Source: Ruminococcus sp. UBA1780
Lineage (GTDB): Bacteria > Bacillota > Clostridia > Oscillospirales > Ruminococcaceae
DNA: 53,458 nucleotides
Reading direction: 5' to 3'
NCBI GenBank assembly: GCA_002315235.1
Contig: DCGK01000095.1
Span: 1 to 53,458, forward strand
A program made the translations under genes and the position numbers. The first letter of the stretch is position 1, and every line of letters starts with the position of its first letter. The notes beneath the pieces were generated by a model, which worked only from the letters and a program-made list of their open reading frames with translations, was not told the origin of the DNA and searched no databases. Shown here in pieces: positions 9,554 to 19,713 of this stretch.

Positions 9554-12015
9554 TGCAGAAAGAAAATGCAGTCAGAACGGCAAAGGTTGCCGTTTACAAT
9601 ATCGCATTTCAAGCCGACAAGCCGTTTTCATATATTATCCCTGATAATTTATATGAGACGGCTGTCTGCGGAGTACGTGTAATTGTTCCATTCGGACGCG
9701 GCGGAAAGAAACGCGCAGGACTGATACTCAGCGTCAGTGAGGAAGTGCCGGGAATGAAGCTGAAGGCTCTTGCATCTGTCGTTGACAGCAGTCCCGTTGT
9801 AAGTGAAGAGATGATGAACATGATCATCTGGCTTAAGGAAAATACTTTCTGTACATATTATGATGCAGTGCGCACTATTCTGCCCTCCGGTATGAACATA
9901 CGCGTTAATGAAAAATACCGTCTGTGTGAGAATTACAGTCACGCAGATCTGTCAGAAGAGGAAAGCAATCTTGTTTCCTTTCTGGAAAAAGCTTCTTCCG
10001 GACGAGAGTTTGACGAGCTTCTTGATACATCCTCCAGTCCTGACAAGGCTCCTGTCATAGAGTCACTGATTGAAAAAAATGTTATAGAAACAGTCAGTGA
10101 GGCTAATCAGAAGATAAATGACAGAACACTCCGCATGATAAAGCTTACGGACGGTTATATCAGCAGTCCGGCAGCATTCAGGCTTACCGCGAAGCAGCAG
10201 CAGGTTGTCAGGCTCCTTGAGGAAAACGGTTCTGCATCTGAGAAGGAAGTCTGCTATATATGCAGTGTGACTGCCGCAGTACTGAAAAACCTTGTGAAAA
10301 ACGGAGTGACTGAGCAGTTCAGTGTTCCGGACTACCGTACTGACGGTGAGGATGAGTACGAACCCGGTGCTGTTGACAGCATTGTACTTTCTGAGTCCCA
10401 GAACCGTGTATACGGCAGGGTACAGGAGAAGCTCACAGAAAAAAAACCACACTGTTTTCTTCTCCACGGGGTAACGGGAAGCGGCAAGACATCTGTTTTT
10501 ATAAAACTGATTGAAAAAACTCTCTCAGAAGGAAGACAGGCGATGCTGCTTATTCCTGAAATTGCCCTTACACCACAGATAGTCAGACAATTCCGCCGCC
10601 TTTTCGGCGGAACTGTTTCTGTTATACACAGCAGCCTTTCACTTGGCCAGCGTCTTGAGGAATACAGAAAAATAAGCGCAGGTCTCTCAAAAATAGTGAT
10701 TGGTACAAGAAGTGCCGTTTTCGCTCCTCTTGACAATATCGGGCTCATAATTATGGATGAGGAGGGGGAGCATTCATACAAGTCAGACAGTGCTCCGAGG
10801 TACAGCACGGTTTCCGTTGCAAAGGAACGCTGCAGGACACATGGTGCTGTGCTTCTTCTCGGATCTGCAACTCCGTCTGTTGAGAGTTATTACTATGCTC
10901 AGAAGGGTGTTTATGAGCTTCTTGAGCTTAATGAAAGATTCAACAGAAGTGAGCTGCCTCATGTTGAAATAGTCGATATGAATGCGGAACGTGCCCAGGG
11001 CAACACCACCGAATTTTCGGATGTGCTGGTCGGTGAGATAAATGCAAATCTCGAGGCGGGAGAGCAGACCATTCTTCTTCTCAACAGAAGAGGCTATCAT
11101 ACGTTTATTTCATGCACAGGATGCAGCAATCCTCTGTACTGTCCTAACTGCAGTATTCCTTACACATATCACAAGGTAAACAATTCCCTTGTGTGCCACT
11201 ACTGCGGAAGCATTGCGCCGCTTCCTGATGAATGCCCGTCATGCGGCGGAACAGTATTCAGACAGATGGGATTCGGCACGCAGAAGATGGAGGAGCAGCT
11301 TGCGGAGCTTTTTCCGAAGGCGCGCATTCTCCGCATGGATGCAGACACGACATTTTCAAGATATGCCTATGAAAAGAATTTTAAGGACTTTGCAGACAAA
11401 AAATACGACATCATGGTCGGAACACAGATGATAGGCAAGGGACTTGATTTTCCTGATGTAACTCTGGTAGGCATTCTATCCATAGACAAGTCTCTTTTCT
11501 CCGGTGATTTCCGAAGCTATGAGAGAACATTTTCACTCATTACGCAGGTAGCCGGAAGAAGCGGCCGTGGCGGAAAGAAAGGAAGAGCATATCTTCAGAC
11601 ATTTATGCCGGATCATTATCTTCTCAATCTTGCCGCTCATCAGAATTACAGAGGATTTTATGACGAGGAGATTGCTCTTCGCAGGACGCTTATTTTCCCG
11701 CCTCTGTGTGATGTGTGCGTTATTGGTGTTTCATCAGTATCCGATACATCAGCCTCTGCGGCAGCTTCGGCTGTGCTGGGCATTGTAAAGCAGCTTGTGG
11801 CGGAGAAAAAGATAAAATTTCCTCTCAGGGTTCTCGGACCTGCACAGTCGGGAATCGCAAAAATCAACGGAAAGTTCAGATACCGTCTGATTCTTAAGTG
11901 CAAAAACAACAGGGAAACAAGAGAATTCATAAGGGATGTTCTGCTAAGGACAGCAGATTACCGTGAGTTTTCGAATGTAAATATTTATGCCGATATGAAC
12001 GGCGATATAATTTAA
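9553..12015 (+). CDS. priA: Primosomal protein N' helicase
   Basis: HGVTGSGKT, PEIALTPQ, DEEGEHSYK, four CxxC zinc pairs, GTQMIGKGLDFPDVTLVG. Confidence 0.96.
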   Translation: MQKENAVRTAKVAVYNIAFQADKPFSYIIPDNLYETAVCGVRVIVPFGRGGKKRAGLILSVSEEVPGMKLKALASVVDSSPVVSEEMMNMIIWLKENTFCTYYDAVRTILPSGMNIRVNEKYRLCENYSHADLSEEESNLVSFLEKASSGREFDELLDTSSSPDKAPVIESLIEKNVIETVSEANQKINDRTLRMIKLTDGYISSPAAFRLTAKQQQVVRLLEENGSASEKEVCYICSVTAAVLKNLVKNGVTEQFSVPDYRTDGEDEYEPGAVDSIVLSESQNRVYGRVQEKLTEKKPHCFLLHGVTGSGKTSVFIKLIEKTLSEGRQAMLLIPEIALTPQIVRQFRRLFGGTVSVIHSSLSLGQRLEEYRKISAGLSKIVIGTRSAVFAPLDNIGLIIMDEEGEHSYKSDSAPRYSTVSVAKERCRTHGAVLLLGSATPSVESYYYAQKGVYELLELNERFNRSELPHVEIVDMNAERAQGNTTEFSDVLVGEINANLEAGEQTILLLNRRGYHTFISCTGCSNPLYCPNCSIPYTYHKVNNSLVCHYCGSIAPLPDECPSCGGTVFRQMGFGTQKMEEQLAELFPKARILRMDADTTFSRYAYEKNFKDFADKKYDIMVGTQMIGKGLDFPDVTLVGILSIDKSLFSGDFRSYERTFSLITQVAGRSGRGGKKGRAYLQTFMPDHYLLNLAAHQNYRGFYDEEIALRRTLIFPPLCDVCVIGVSSVSDTSASAAASAVLGIVKQLVAEKKIKFPLRVLGPAQSGIAKINGKFRYRLILKCKNNRETREFIRDVLLRTADYREFSNVNIYADMNGDII

Positions 12016-12028
12016 AGGTGATTAAGAA

Positions 12029-12490
12029 ATGGCTTTAAGAAACATAGTGACAAAGGAACAGGACGTACTTTATAAAAAATGCAGAACAGTTGAGAAGTTT
12101 GACGAAAGACTCTGGACACTTCTTGACGACATGAAGGACACACTTTACAAGGCTCAGGGCTACGGACTTGCTGCACCTCAGGTAGGAATTCTCAAGAGAG
12201 TTGTTGTTATAGACGTTGGTGAGGGGCTCCTTGAGCTTATCAATCCTGAGATTCTCAATCCTCAGGGTGAACAGCGTGATGTTGAAGGCTGTCTTTCATG
12301 CCCTGATGAATGGGGTTATGTAACAAGACCTATGACATGTACTCTCAGAGCACAGGACAGAAACGGCGAATACTATGAAAAGGAACTTGAAGGAATTTTC
12401 TGCAGATGTGCATGCCACGAAGTTGACCATCTTAACGGAAAATTATTCCTTGAACTTGTTGACGAGTTTGTAAAACCGGAGGAAGAATAA
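12029..12490 (+). CDS. def: Peptide deformylase
   Basis: GLAAPQVG, EGCLS, HEVDHLNG motifs. Confidence 0.96.
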   Translation: MALRNIVTKEQDVLYKKCRTVEKFDERLWTLLDDMKDTLYKAQGYGLAAPQVGILKRVVVIDVGEGLLELINPEILNPQGEQRDVEGCLSCPDEWGYVTRPMTCTLRAQDRNGEYYEKELEGIFCRCACHEVDHLNGKLFLELVDEFVKPEEE

Positions 12491-12492
12491 TA

Positions 12493-13431
12493 TTGAATAT
12501 AGTTTTTATGGGTACACCTGATTTCGCAGTACCTTGTCTTAAGGCTCTTGCAGATGCAGGTGAAAATATAAAGGCAGTTTTCACACAGCCTGACAAGCCT
12601 AAGGGAAGAGGCTACAAAATGATTTCTCCCCCGGTTAAGGCTGCGGCTCTGGAGATGGATATTCCTGTATACCAGCCGCTTTCACTCAGAAAGGGCGAGG
12701 ACGCAGAGCAGGCTCTTGCAGTTCTTAAGGAAATAAATCCTGACCTTATAGTTGTTGTTGCCTACGGACAGATACTACCTGAGGAAATTCTTAATCTTCC
12801 GGCACACGGCTGTATCAATGTTCACGGTTCACTTCTTCCGCAGTACAGAGGAGCGGCTCCTATGCAGTGGTGTCTTCTCAACGGCGAAAAGAAAACCGGC
12901 GTAACAACAATGATGATGGACAAGGGTCTCGATACAGGTGACATGCTTATAAAGTCTGAGGTTGATATTGATATCAGTGATACATTCGCTGAGATTCACG
13001 ACAGACTTGCTGAATGCGGAGCAGAGACACTTATCAGAACAATAGAGGCTGTTAAGGCCGGCACGCTGGTACGTACGCCTCAGGATGACAGCCAGTCCAC
13101 ATATTCTCCTATGATTACAAAGAATATGTCTCTTATTGATTTCAGCGAACCGGCTGCCGTGATTCATAATAAAGTCAGAGCAATCACCGGGTTTGCATTT
13201 CTCGGCGGAAAGCGTCTGAAGATATTCCGCTCAGAGCTTACAGGAAAGAAATCCTCTGAAGCACCGGGTACAGTGACTGAAGCTTCATCAGAGTTCCTTA
13301 CAGTGTGCGGAGACGGCGAGCTTATCAGATTTACTGAGGTACAGCCTGAAGGAAGCAGAAGAATGAATGCCGCTGATTACCTCAGAGGCGTCAAGCTTCA
13401 GACTGGTATCAGATTTACAACCGGAGAGTAA
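12493..13431 (+). CDS. fmt: Methionyl-tRNA formyltransferase
   Basis: VFMGTPDFA, INVHGSLLPQYRGAAP, GLDTGD. Confidence 0.96.
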   Translation: MNIVFMGTPDFAVPCLKALADAGENIKAVFTQPDKPKGRGYKMISPPVKAAALEMDIPVYQPLSLRKGEDAEQALAVLKEINPDLIVVVAYGQILPEEILNLPAHGCINVHGSLLPQYRGAAPMQWCLLNGEKKTGVTTMMMDKGLDTGDMLIKSEVDIDISDTFAEIHDRLAECGAETLIRTIEAVKAGTLVRTPQDDSQSTYSPMITKNMSLIDFSEPAAVIHNKVRAITGFAFLGGKRLKIFRSELTGKKSSEAPGTVTEASSEFLTVCGDGELIRFTEVQPEGSRRMNAADYLRGVKLQTGIRFTTGE

Positions 13432-13432
13432 T

Positions 13433-14737
13433 ATGGTAAACTGCAGAAAAGAAACAGTAAAGCTTCTGCTTAAGACATTCGGAGAGGAGAGCTTCTCAAA
13501 TCTTCTTCTCGACAGTGTTCTGTCATCAGGTGAGATGACAATGCAGGACAGAAAGTTTATAACGACTCTGTATTACGGGGTTATAGAAAAAAAGATTACT
13601 CTTGACTATATAATTTCACAGTTCAGTTCAAAGAAAATCGGAAGACTGGATCCCACGGTTCTTAATATTCTCAGAACAGGTGTTTACCAGATAAAGTATA
13701 TGGACAGTGTACCTGACAACGCAGCCGTAAATGAATCAGTAAAGCTGGTTCGCGGTTTCAGAATGTCAAGTGCTTCCGGTTTTGTAAATGCTGTTCTCAG
13801 AAATTTTCTCAGAGAGAGAAACAGTATAAAGGAGCCTGAGGATGAACTCGAAAGGCTTTCCGTGGATTATTCAGTTTCTCCGGAAATTATAACTATGTTA
13901 AGAGAAGGATACGGCGAAGAGTTTACACGCAGCTTCCTCGAACGTCTTAACATCAAGGCACCGGTCTACATAAGACTTAACAGTGCACTTGCTGATGAAA
14001 AGACTCTTTCGGAGTCAGTGGGAAGAAACGAAATATCAAAGGAAGAATTCCTTCCTGACTGCTACAGGGTTTCAACAGGAAACCTTACGCATACCTCCGG
14101 ATTTAAAAAAGGGTATTTTCATGTTCAGGACATTTCCTCGCAGATTTCATGTGCTGTGCTTGATCCGCAGCCGGGTGAAACTGTTCTGGATCTGTGCTCT
14201 GCTCCCGGCGGAAAGACATTTACAGTCGGACAGATTATGAAGGGCAGCGGAACAGTTAAGGCATTTGACCTTTATGAGCACAGAGTAAAGCTTATAAGCG
14301 ACGGTGCAGGCAGACTCCGTCTGAAAAATATAACTGCTCTTACAGGTGACGCAGCAGAACATAATCCTGAACTTGAAGGTGCTGACAGAGTACTGTGTGA
14401 TGTACCGTGTTCAGGCTTCGGTGTAATGCGAAAAAAGCCTGAGATAAGATACAGGAGCACGGAAAATCTGGATGAGCTCTATGACATTCAGTACAGCATT
14501 CTGTGCAACGCCGCCTCATATCTGAAAAAAGGCGGAGTACTTGTTTACTCAACATGTACAGTAAACAAAAAGGAAAATGACGATATAGTCGACCGTTTCC
14601 TGAGTGAACACAGTGAATTTGAGGGTGTGAAATTCCTTGAGGATGCGGGAAAGCCGTTCGGAGACTATAAGGCTGTGCTCGGGGCATACGGTCCTGACAG
14701 CGACGGATTCTTTATAGCAAAGATAAGAAGGAAATAA
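13433..14737 (+). CDS. rsmB: 16S rRNA m5C967 methyltransferase
   Basis: NusB-like N-terminus (SGFVNAVLR), DLCSAPGGKT, DVPCSG, YSTCT; start at ATG 13433. Confidence 0.93.
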   Translation: MVNCRKETVKLLLKTFGEESFSNLLLDSVLSSGEMTMQDRKFITTLYYGVIEKKITLDYIISQFSSKKIGRLDPTVLNILRTGVYQIKYMDSVPDNAAVNESVKLVRGFRMSSASGFVNAVLRNFLRERNSIKEPEDELERLSVDYSVSPEIITMLREGYGEEFTRSFLERLNIKAPVYIRLNSALADEKTLSESVGRNEISKEEFLPDCYRVSTGNLTHTSGFKKGYFHVQDISSQISCAVLDPQPGETVLDLCSAPGGKTFTVGQIMKGSGTVKAFDLYEHRVKLISDGAGRLRLKNITALTGDAAEHNPELEGADRVLCDVPCSGFGVMRKKPEIRYRSTENLDELYDIQYSILCNAASYLKKGGVLVYSTCTVNKKENDDIVDRFLSEHSEFEGVKFLEDAGKPFGDYKAVLGAYGPDSDGFFIAKIRRK

Positions 14738-14741
14738 CCAT

Positions 14742-15794
14742 ATGACTGATAAAACGGATATACTTTCTCTTTCGCTTGCTGAACTGACAGAAGCAGTTAC
14801 AGAGAAACTGGGAGAGAAAAAATTTCGTGCCGGACAGATTTACAACTGGCTTCATGTCAGGAAAGTCAGAAATTTTGAAGAAATGACTAACTTATCAGCC
14901 AGTTTAAGACTTAAACTGAGTGATACGTTTTGTATAAAACGCCTAAATATCGTCCGAAAGCTTGAATCTACCATAGATAATACTGTAAAATATCTTTATG
15001 GACTTGAAGACGGCAATATTGTAGAGTCCGTAGTAATGGAATACAGCTTCGGATTATCAATTTGTGTTTCCACACAGATAGGCTGTAAAATGGGCTGTGA
15101 TTTCTGCGCATCGACCATTGCGGGATTTGTGCGTAATCTTACAGCATCAGAGATACTTCAGCAGAAGTACGAGGCCGAAAGAGACCTCGGAAGGAAGATT
15201 TCAAGAGTTGTGCTCATGGGGATAGGTGAGCCTCTGGATAATTACGACAATGTTATTCGTTTTATCCGTCTGGTAACTTCCTCCGACGGTGACGGTATCA
15301 GTCAGAGACATGTAACCCTGTCAACCTGCGGGATTGTTCCTCGTATTTATGATCTTGCAGAGGAAGATTTTTCGATTAACCTCGCAGTTTCACTTCACAG
15401 TCCTGATGATATCAGCAGAAGTAAAATTATGCCGGTTAACAGAAAGTATAATCTTGCATCACTTATGAAGGCATGCAGAGACTATACAGGAAAGACAGGC
15501 AGACGAATTACATTCGAATACGCTGTTATTGAAAATGTCAACTCATCATCCGCTGAGGCAGGAAAGCTTGCAGAATTACTCAGAGGTATGATTAGTCATA
15601 TAAACCTTATAGGTGTCAACGATGTTAAGGAAAGAGACTATTCGTCTTCATCCGCTCACGTTGAAAAATTTAAAAACGAGCTTGTAAAACGCGGTGTAAA
15701 CGCTACAGTACGCCGTAAACTCGGCGCAGATATTGATGCTGCATGCGGACAGCTCAGAAGAGAGTTTGAAAATACAAGAGGTGAGAATGATTGA
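14742..15794 (+). CDS. rlmN: 23S rRNA m2A2503 methyltransferase (radical SAM)
   Basis: CVSTQIGCKMGCDFC, MGIGEPLDN, SLH, DIDAACGQL. Confidence 0.95.
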   Translation: MTDKTDILSLSLAELTEAVTEKLGEKKFRAGQIYNWLHVRKVRNFEEMTNLSASLRLKLSDTFCIKRLNIVRKLESTIDNTVKYLYGLEDGNIVESVVMEYSFGLSICVSTQIGCKMGCDFCASTIAGFVRNLTASEILQQKYEAERDLGRKISRVVLMGIGEPLDNYDNVIRFIRLVTSSDGDGISQRHVTLSTCGIVPRIYDLAEEDFSINLAVSLHSPDDISRSKIMPVNRKYNLASLMKACRDYTGKTGRRITFEYAVIENVNSSSAEAGKLAELLRGMISHINLIGVNDVKERDYSSSSAHVEKFKNELVKRGVNATVRRKLGADIDAACGQLRREFENTRGEND

Positions 15795-16522
15795 AAATAG
15801 CCAGTGAATCAGATATCGGCTTATGCAGAGGAGAAAACCAGGATATGGTTGTCTGCGAAATAATGGATGATTCAGCACTTGTTATAGTATGTGACGGAAT
15901 GGGCGGAGAAAACTCCGGCAGGGATGCAAGCTCAATTGCAGCTGAGGTTGTAAGAAGCAAGTTTATTGCCGGTTATGACAGTTCATTTTCATCCAAAAGC
16001 CTGAAAAATCTGCTAGTGTCTGCGGTCACAGTGGCTAACTCGATAATATTCAACACATCACATGCTGAACCGGATAAATCAGGAATGGGGTCTACCTGTG
16101 TTGCAGCATTTATAGACGCTCAGTCGGATACCGTGCACATAGTCAATGTCGGCGACAGCCGTGCATATCTGTGCAGGGAAGATTCAATAGAGCAGCTTAC
16201 CAGAGATCATTCGTATGTTCAGCTTCTGGCTGACCAGGGAAAGATTACAGAAGAGGAGCTTGCTGATCATCCGAAGAAAAATATGCTTATAAGAGCTGTC
16301 GGAGTTGACAGAACAATTGATGTCGACTACTTTGAGTTCAGACTTGACGGGGCAAGACTTCTGCTCTGTACGGACGGACTTCACGGATGCTGCTCAAATG
16401 AAGATATTCTGGATGCGGTAAACGAATCAGAAATAGAACAGGCTGCCAAAAAGCTTGTTGATATGGCTCTTGATAAAGGCGGGCCGGACAATGTTACACT
16501 TGCAATTGCTGAAAACAGCTGA
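15791..16522 (+). CDS. prpC: PP2C-type Ser/Thr phosphatase (PrpC/Stp1)
   Basis: RGENQD, CDGMGG, NVGDSRAY, LLCTDGL, GGPDNVT. Confidence 0.93.
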   Translation: MKIASESDIGLCRGENQDMVVCEIMDDSALVIVCDGMGGENSGRDASSIAAEVVRSKFIAGYDSSFSSKSLKNLLVSAVTVANSIIFNTSHAEPDKSGMGSTCVAAFIDAQSDTVHIVNVGDSRAYLCREDSIEQLTRDHSYVQLLADQGKITEEELADHPKKNMLIRAVGVDRTIDVDYFEFRLDGARLLLCTDGLHGCCSNEDILDAVNESEIEQAAKKLVDMALDKGGPDNVTLAIAENS

Positions 16523-16574
16523 CAAATACAATTAAGGTCTGAATCTTTATTTATTATCAGGAGTGTTTTACACA

Positions 16575-18785
16575 ATGGACAAATATATCGGAAAAAGGCT
16601 TGACGGTCGCTTTGAGATACAGAAACTCATTGGTACCGGTGGAATGGCTGATGTTTACAGAGCGAGAGATCTTAAGGACAAAAGCATTGTTGCAGTAAAG
16701 ATTCTTAAGAAGGAAAATTCAGAAAACGAAGAGTTCCTCAGACGCTTCCGTAACGAATCCCTTGCAATTGCATACCTTTCAAATCAGAACATTGTAAAGA
16801 TTATTGATGTCGGATTTTCCAACAAGGTTCAGTATATTGTAATGGAGTATATTGAGGGCATCACCCTGAAAAAATACATGGAACTTCAGGATGCTATGGA
16901 CTGGCAGACTTCTGTATATTTCATGCTGCAGATACTCAGTGCTCTGGGGCATGCACACAGAAGAGGCATAGTTCACAGGGACATCAAACCGCAGAACATC
17001 ATGGTTCTTGAGAGCGGTCTTATAAAAGTCATGGACTTCGGAATTGCAAAGTTTGCAAGGGAAGAAGGCCTTACGACCACGGCTCAGGCCATCGGTTCGG
17101 TTCACTATATAAGTCCTGAACAGGCGAGAAGTGATGTTACCGATGAAAAGAGCGATATATATTCAGCTGGTATTGTTTTTTACGAAATGCTTACCGGGGT
17201 TAAACCATTTGATAATGAAAATCCTATTTCTGTTGCTCTTATGCATATGCAGCAGAAGGCAAAACGGCCTACGGATATCAGGCATGATATTCCGCAGGAA
17301 CTTGAAAGGATTATAATGAAAGCGATTGAAAAAAATCCTGAAGACCGTTATGCTGATGCGCAGCAGATGATTAATGATATTGAAAATTTCAAAAAACAGC
17401 CTGACGGAAAATTCGGGCATGATGAAGAGGAGAAAGTATACGTTATGGAAAGAGACAATAAACCAAAAAGAATTTATGACTCAGTTGATGACGACAGTTT
17501 ATTAAACAGTTCATATGATGATGCGGATACTTCGTATGATTCAGATTACGACAGCTATCAGGATGAAGAGCCTGTCATTGAGGAGGAATACGTTGAAAAG
17601 AGATCAATGTTTATTCCGATGCTTTCCGGTGTAGTAATAGTTGTTATTATTATTGCGACAATTTTTCTCTCCGGCCTTATGCTCAACTATTTCGGAAACG
17701 AATCAGACTACAGGGAATTCCATGTTCTCGATTTCAAGGGACAGGAATTTGACAATGCGAAAAAGCTTTACGGCCAGTATCTTTCATTTGAAGTAAAGGA
17801 TACAGTTTATTCACCAATGCCGGCAAATACAATTCTTGACCAGGATCTCGCCGTTGACGAGGTTGTTAAGCCGGGACACAAGATTTATGTTGTTCTCAGC
17901 AAGGGACCAAGAATGATTGAAATACCTTCACTTGACAACGGATTTACAGAAGCACAGGCAAAGTCAATCCTCGAAGAAAAGAAATTTACAACACAGACCA
18001 AGCTTGTATACAGCGATACAGTTCAGGAAAACTACGTGGTTAAAACTGAACCAGAGGCAAATACACCTTGCAAGGAAGGCACAACAGTTCTTATTTACAT
18101 CAGCCGAGGCAAGATGACTCAGAAGGTTAAAATTCCTGATGTAACAGGAAAGAAGGAAGCTGATGCAAGAAAGATTCTTGAAGAAACAGGTCTTGAAGTA
18201 GTTTCACAGCAGAGAAATTCAGCTATGGCAGAGGGTACTGTAGTTGCCATAGACCGTTCAGCAAATACAGTCGTTGAAACAGGAACACCGATTACAATTT
18301 TCATAAGTACAGGTCAGCCTGCAGTTTCAACACAGGAAATCCTTATTAACTTCCCTAAGGAAGCAAACGGTGTTTTCACATTTAAGGTATATGTTGACGG
18401 TACACTTAACGGCGAACACAAGGACGTTGATGCGAAGTTTACTTCAAGCAAGAATATCGCTATCCAGGGTTCAGGTACAAAGAAGGAAATCAGAATCATG
18501 CTCGTAAACCAGGCTAACGGCAAGGAACACGAGCTTGGCAGATATATGTATTCATTTGATGAAACAATGACAAAGCAGGTTATCTCTGAAGATATCAACG
18601 CTGCATTCAAGGAAGTAGGCGGACTCAAGGCAGGAGCACAGGCTGCAGCATCTGCAACACCTGTTCCTACAGCAACACCTGCTCCTACACCGGTTCCTAC
18701 ACAGGCTCCGGAAGAACCTGAAACAGATGAAAATGAAACACCTGAAGAACCGGACTCAGACGGACAGGATGAAAATCAGGACTGA
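16575..18785 (+). CDS. prkC: PASTA-domain Ser/Thr kinase, copy 1 (PrkC/PknB)
   Basis: GTGGMADVY, VAVK, HRDIKPQN, DFG, GSVHYISPEQ; one TM; about three PASTA repeats; Pro/Thr and acidic tail. Confidence 0.93.
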   Translation: MDKYIGKRLDGRFEIQKLIGTGGMADVYRARDLKDKSIVAVKILKKENSENEEFLRRFRNESLAIAYLSNQNIVKIIDVGFSNKVQYIVMEYIEGITLKKYMELQDAMDWQTSVYFMLQILSALGHAHRRGIVHRDIKPQNIMVLESGLIKVMDFGIAKFAREEGLTTTAQAIGSVHYISPEQARSDVTDEKSDIYSAGIVFYEMLTGVKPFDNENPISVALMHMQQKAKRPTDIRHDIPQELERIIMKAIEKNPEDRYADAQQMINDIENFKKQPDGKFGHDEEEKVYVMERDNKPKRIYDSVDDDSLLNSSYDDADTSYDSDYDSYQDEEPVIEEEYVEKRSMFIPMLSGVVIVVIIIATIFLSGLMLNYFGNESDYREFHVLDFKGQEFDNAKKLYGQYLSFEVKDTVYSPMPANTILDQDLAVDEVVKPGHKIYVVLSKGPRMIEIPSLDNGFTEAQAKSILEEKKFTTQTKLVYSDTVQENYVVKTEPEANTPCKEGTTVLIYISRGKMTQKVKIPDVTGKKEADARKILEETGLEVVSQQRNSAMAEGTVVAIDRSANTVVETGTPITIFISTGQPAVSTQEILINFPKEANGVFTFKVYVDGTLNGEHKDVDAKFTSSKNIAIQGSGTKKEIRIMLVNQANGKEHELGRYMYSFDETMTKQVISEDINAAFKEVGGLKAGAQAAASATPVPTATPAPTPVPTQAPEEPETDENETPEEPDSDGQDENQD

Positions 18786-18792
18786 CAGGTAA

Positions 18793-19683
18793 ATGAATAT
18801 GATTCCTGAAAAGAATAATATAACAGGACTTGTTGTTAAGTCCATCGGGGGACTCTATACTGTAGAGTCTCCTGATGGCATTTATGAATGTGTTCCGCGC
18901 GGAATTTTCAGAAAGGAAGGCCGTTCACCGTGTGTGGGGGACAGGGTTTCATTTTCAGAGGACAGGGTTATCACAGATATACTTCCGCGCAGAAATCATA
19001 TAATCAGACCGCCGCTGGCAAATATGGATCAGCTTATTTTTGTTGTTTCCGTTTGTGAACCGGCGCCTAATCTTTTACTTCTGGATAAGTTTATTGCAAT
19101 TGCCGAATACAAAAATATCAGGCCGGTTGTGGTGCTTACCAAGGTGGATCTTGATAAATCTGACAATATCTTTTCCATATATAAAAAAGCAGGCATAGAT
19201 ATTGCTGTTGTTGACTATTCGGACAGCAGCTCGGTTGAAAATATCAAATCAATGCTTGCCGGAAAAATAAGCGCCTTTACAGGTAACAGCGGTGTCGGAA
19301 AGTCGACGCTTCTCAATGCAATTGACAGTTCACTTGGCCTTCAGACAGGCGAAATCAGCAAAAAGCTCGGACGAGGCAGGCATACAACCAGGCATGCAGA
19401 GCTGTACAGACTTGACAACGGCGGATATATAGCGGATACACCGGGATTTTCAACTTTTGAGACAAACAAGTATGATATAATAAGAAAAGAAGAGCTTAGT
19501 TCATGTTTTACTGAGTTTGCTGATTATTCAGATAACTGCCGCTTCAGTGACTGTTCCCATACAAAGGAAAAGGACTGCGCAGTAATAAGCGCGGTTAATG
19601 AAGGAATTATACCGGCAAGCAGGCATGAAAGTTATTGTCAGATGTATGAAGAGGCTAAGGCAATTAAGGAATGGGAGCTTTAG
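18793..19683 (+). CDS. rsgA: Ribosome small subunit-dependent GTPase A
   Basis: TKVD before GNSGVGKST (circularly permuted), GRHTT, DTPG, CRFSDCSH..C zinc finger. Confidence 0.96.
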   Translation: MNMIPEKNNITGLVVKSIGGLYTVESPDGIYECVPRGIFRKEGRSPCVGDRVSFSEDRVITDILPRRNHIIRPPLANMDQLIFVVSVCEPAPNLLLLDKFIAIAEYKNIRPVVVLTKVDLDKSDNIFSIYKKAGIDIAVVDYSDSSSVENIKSMLAGKISAFTGNSGVGKSTLLNAIDSSLGLQTGEISKKLGRGRHTTRHAELYRLDNGGYIADTPGFSTFETNKYDIIRKEELSSCFTEFADYSDNCRFSDCSHTKEKDCAVISAVNEGIIPASRHESYCQMYEEAKAIKEWEL

Positions 19684-19713
19684 CATATACATAAGAAGGA
19701 GAATTGAAGTTTT

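Noticed and set aside
9335-9560. No coaBC between rpoZ and priA
   Set aside because: Gene-order variation common among clostridia; gene may lie elsewhere
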